The notes under the pieces: generated by a model
What the model was told of the DNA's origin: nothing
The model's input: the letters and a program-made list of their open reading frames with translations, nothing else
Database searches by the model: none
Program-made: the position numbers and the translations under genes
Shown here: piece by piece, positions 62,579-64,000 of the stretch
Numbering within the stretch: the stretch's first letter is position 1
Layout of the letters: each line of letters starts with the position of its first letter
DNA from: Candidatus Latescibacterota bacterium
Lineage (GTDB): Bacteria; Latescibacterota; UBA2968; GCA-2709665
Assembly (NCBI GenBank): GCA_965205485.1
Contig: OZ242180.1
Span: 768,001 to 832,000, forward strand
Direction of reading: 5' to 3'
DNA length: 64,000 nt

Positions 62579-63376
62579 CTACCACGCGGTCCATCCACCG
62601 TCAATGGTCATATTCTGCCCGGTCATGTAGCTGCTTGCATCGCTGGCGAGAAACACGATCGCCCCCTTCAGTTCGTGCGGCTCTCCCATACGTCCCATCG
62701 GACTCTTCGTACACAGCCGGTCCACCATTTCGGCGGGCGCCGTGCTCATGTTGGGAAAGGGCCCCGGGCTCAGACAGTTCACCCTCACCCGATCCGCCGC
62801 CCAGTAGACCGCCAGATGGCGCGTCACGTGGATGATACCGCCTTTCAGCGCGTGATATGCCGCGGGGCTGGCCGGACACACCCCCGCGTATGCATCCGGA
62901 TAGGACGCCACCTGTCCGTACATGGAACCCAGCATGACGACGCTCGCGGGCGCGCCGCGTTCCACGGCGTCATTGCGCACCAGCCGGGCAAGCGTGAAGT
63001 ATCCGGCCACGTTCCCCTGCTGCCACACGAACTGCTCGTGCGTGACGTCCGTCCAGTCGTTCAGCACGCCCTCGTTCCCGTTGTTGACCAGAACGTCGAT
63101 CTGTCCGGCCGCTTCCACCGCATCGGCAAAACCGGCCTCGATGGATCCCCCATCCATATGGTCCAGCCGCACACCCACGTGCGCGGCGTCGCCGGGCAAT
63201 TTCGCGACCGCCGCCTCGGCGCGGCTGCGCTCCCTGCTACTGATGACGACCCTGGCCCCCGCCTCGGCCAGCGCAGTGGCGAACGCCGTTCCCAGGAACC
63301 CCGTACCTCCGGTCACCAGCGCCACCTTTCCACTCAAATCGAACAGTCTCTGTACCGTCGGTTCGTTCGTTGCCAT
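62579..63376 (-). CDS. SDR family oxidoreductase
   Basis: TGGTGFLG, LVNN, YHALK, RVNCLSPG, DGGWT. Confidence 0.92.
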   Translation of the reverse strand: MATNEPTVQRLFDLSGKVALVTGGTGFLGTAFATALAEAGARVVISSRERSRAEAAVAKLPGDAAHVGVRLDHMDGGSIEAGFADAVEAAGQIDVLVNNGNEGVLNDWTDVTHEQFVWQQGNVAGYFTLARLVRNDAVERGAPASVVMLGSMYGQVASYPDAYAGVCPASPAAYHALKGGIIHVTRHLAVYWAADRVRVNCLSPGPFPNMSTAPAEMVDRLCTKSPMGRMGEPHELKGAIVFLASDASSYMTGQNMTIDGGWTAW

Positions 63377-63521
63377 CTTTTCCTCCTGCATACAAAGGGC
63401 TTTCAGCTTCAGCTGTCAGCTTACCCGTTCCCGACCCACACATGGTTCCGGCTGAAAGGTCTGACGGCCGGATGTTGGACGCTGGTCGAGAAATCGCGAT
63501 TTATATTCTATCCGTTAACGC

Positions 63522-64000
63522 TCAATCTTCATCCGGCGGCGGAATAACAGGCAGCACGATGTGGGAAGGCCGCGCGAGGTCCATGTAAACCGTATTTCTG
63601 GCGACAACCGAACGGGTGTGACGTCCCACGGGTTCGCCGGTATTCGGATTCACGTCGAAACGAGGGAAATTGCTGCTGGAGATATCCACGCGGATCCGGT
63701 GGCCGCGTGCGAACAGATTGCTGGTTGGCGTAAGATCGATCCTGACGGAATACACGTCGCCCGGGTTCATCATCTCGGGCTTCTCCCACCCGTTCCGATA
63801 GCGCGCGCGGATGATGGAATCCACGAGATTCATGTGATATCCACCCGGATAGTCTTCGCTGGAAGGGTAGACGTCGATCAGCTTGGCCGTGAAGTCCGTG
63901 TCTATCGCGGTCGAAGAGATCCAGAGATTCACGGATAGCGGACCGGTGACCTCGACGTCCTCGACCAGCGGCTCCGTCTGAAAGACGAGCACGTCCTCCC
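63522..64000 (-). CDS. CocE/NonD family hydrolase, C-terminal part (5' end outside window)
   Basis: DTDFTAKL.DVYP, F..GHRIRVDISSSNFPRFDVNPNTG. Confidence 0.9.
   Translation of the reverse strand, partial: EDVLVFQTEPLVEDVEVTGPLSVNLWISSTAIDTDFTAKLIDVYPSSEDYPGGYHMNLVDSIIRARYRNGWEKPEMMNPGDVYSVRIDLTPTSNLFARGHRIRVDISSSNFPRFDVNPNTGEPVGRHTRSVVARNTVYMDLARPSHIVLPVIPPPDED

Overview
GC-rich bacterial chromosomal window with about 55 genes and no rRNA, tRNA or CRISPR array. The twin EF-hand/dockerin-like 'DFDGNGQVGFADF..F...FG' module, the peptidase load and the eukaryote-like repeat proteins suggest an FCB-group organism such as Latescibacterota or Gemmatimonadota; this is inference only. Main contents: (1) a histidine kinase and a REC-PAS-sigma54 activator, with a complete UAS/IHF/-24,-12 promoter between them; (2) a 10.7-kb co-oriented run of small modification and sanitation genes (dcd, 3 NUDIX, methyltransferases, APH-like kinases, GNATs), punctuated by REPIN-like repeats; (3) many hydrolases and peptidases; (4) the best candidate for an undescribed system, at 30.6-39.0 kb: a soluble beta-propeller/Y_Y_Y-sigma54 activator, palindromic UASs and a consensus sigma54 promoter driving a long structured leader and a secreted glucan-water-dikinase-like (His-swivel + ATP-grasp) surface protein with FN3, dockerin and cadherin modules, here broken by two frame disruptions; (5) plant-type pyrB with a leader-peptide attenuator, divergent glyA with a structured leader, and plant-type ilvC; (6) a decayed IS1182 inserted in the apex of a palindrome, two TTAA-bounded MITE-like elements and many short intergenic repeat families. 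All family assignments come from motifs read by eye; no searches were run.
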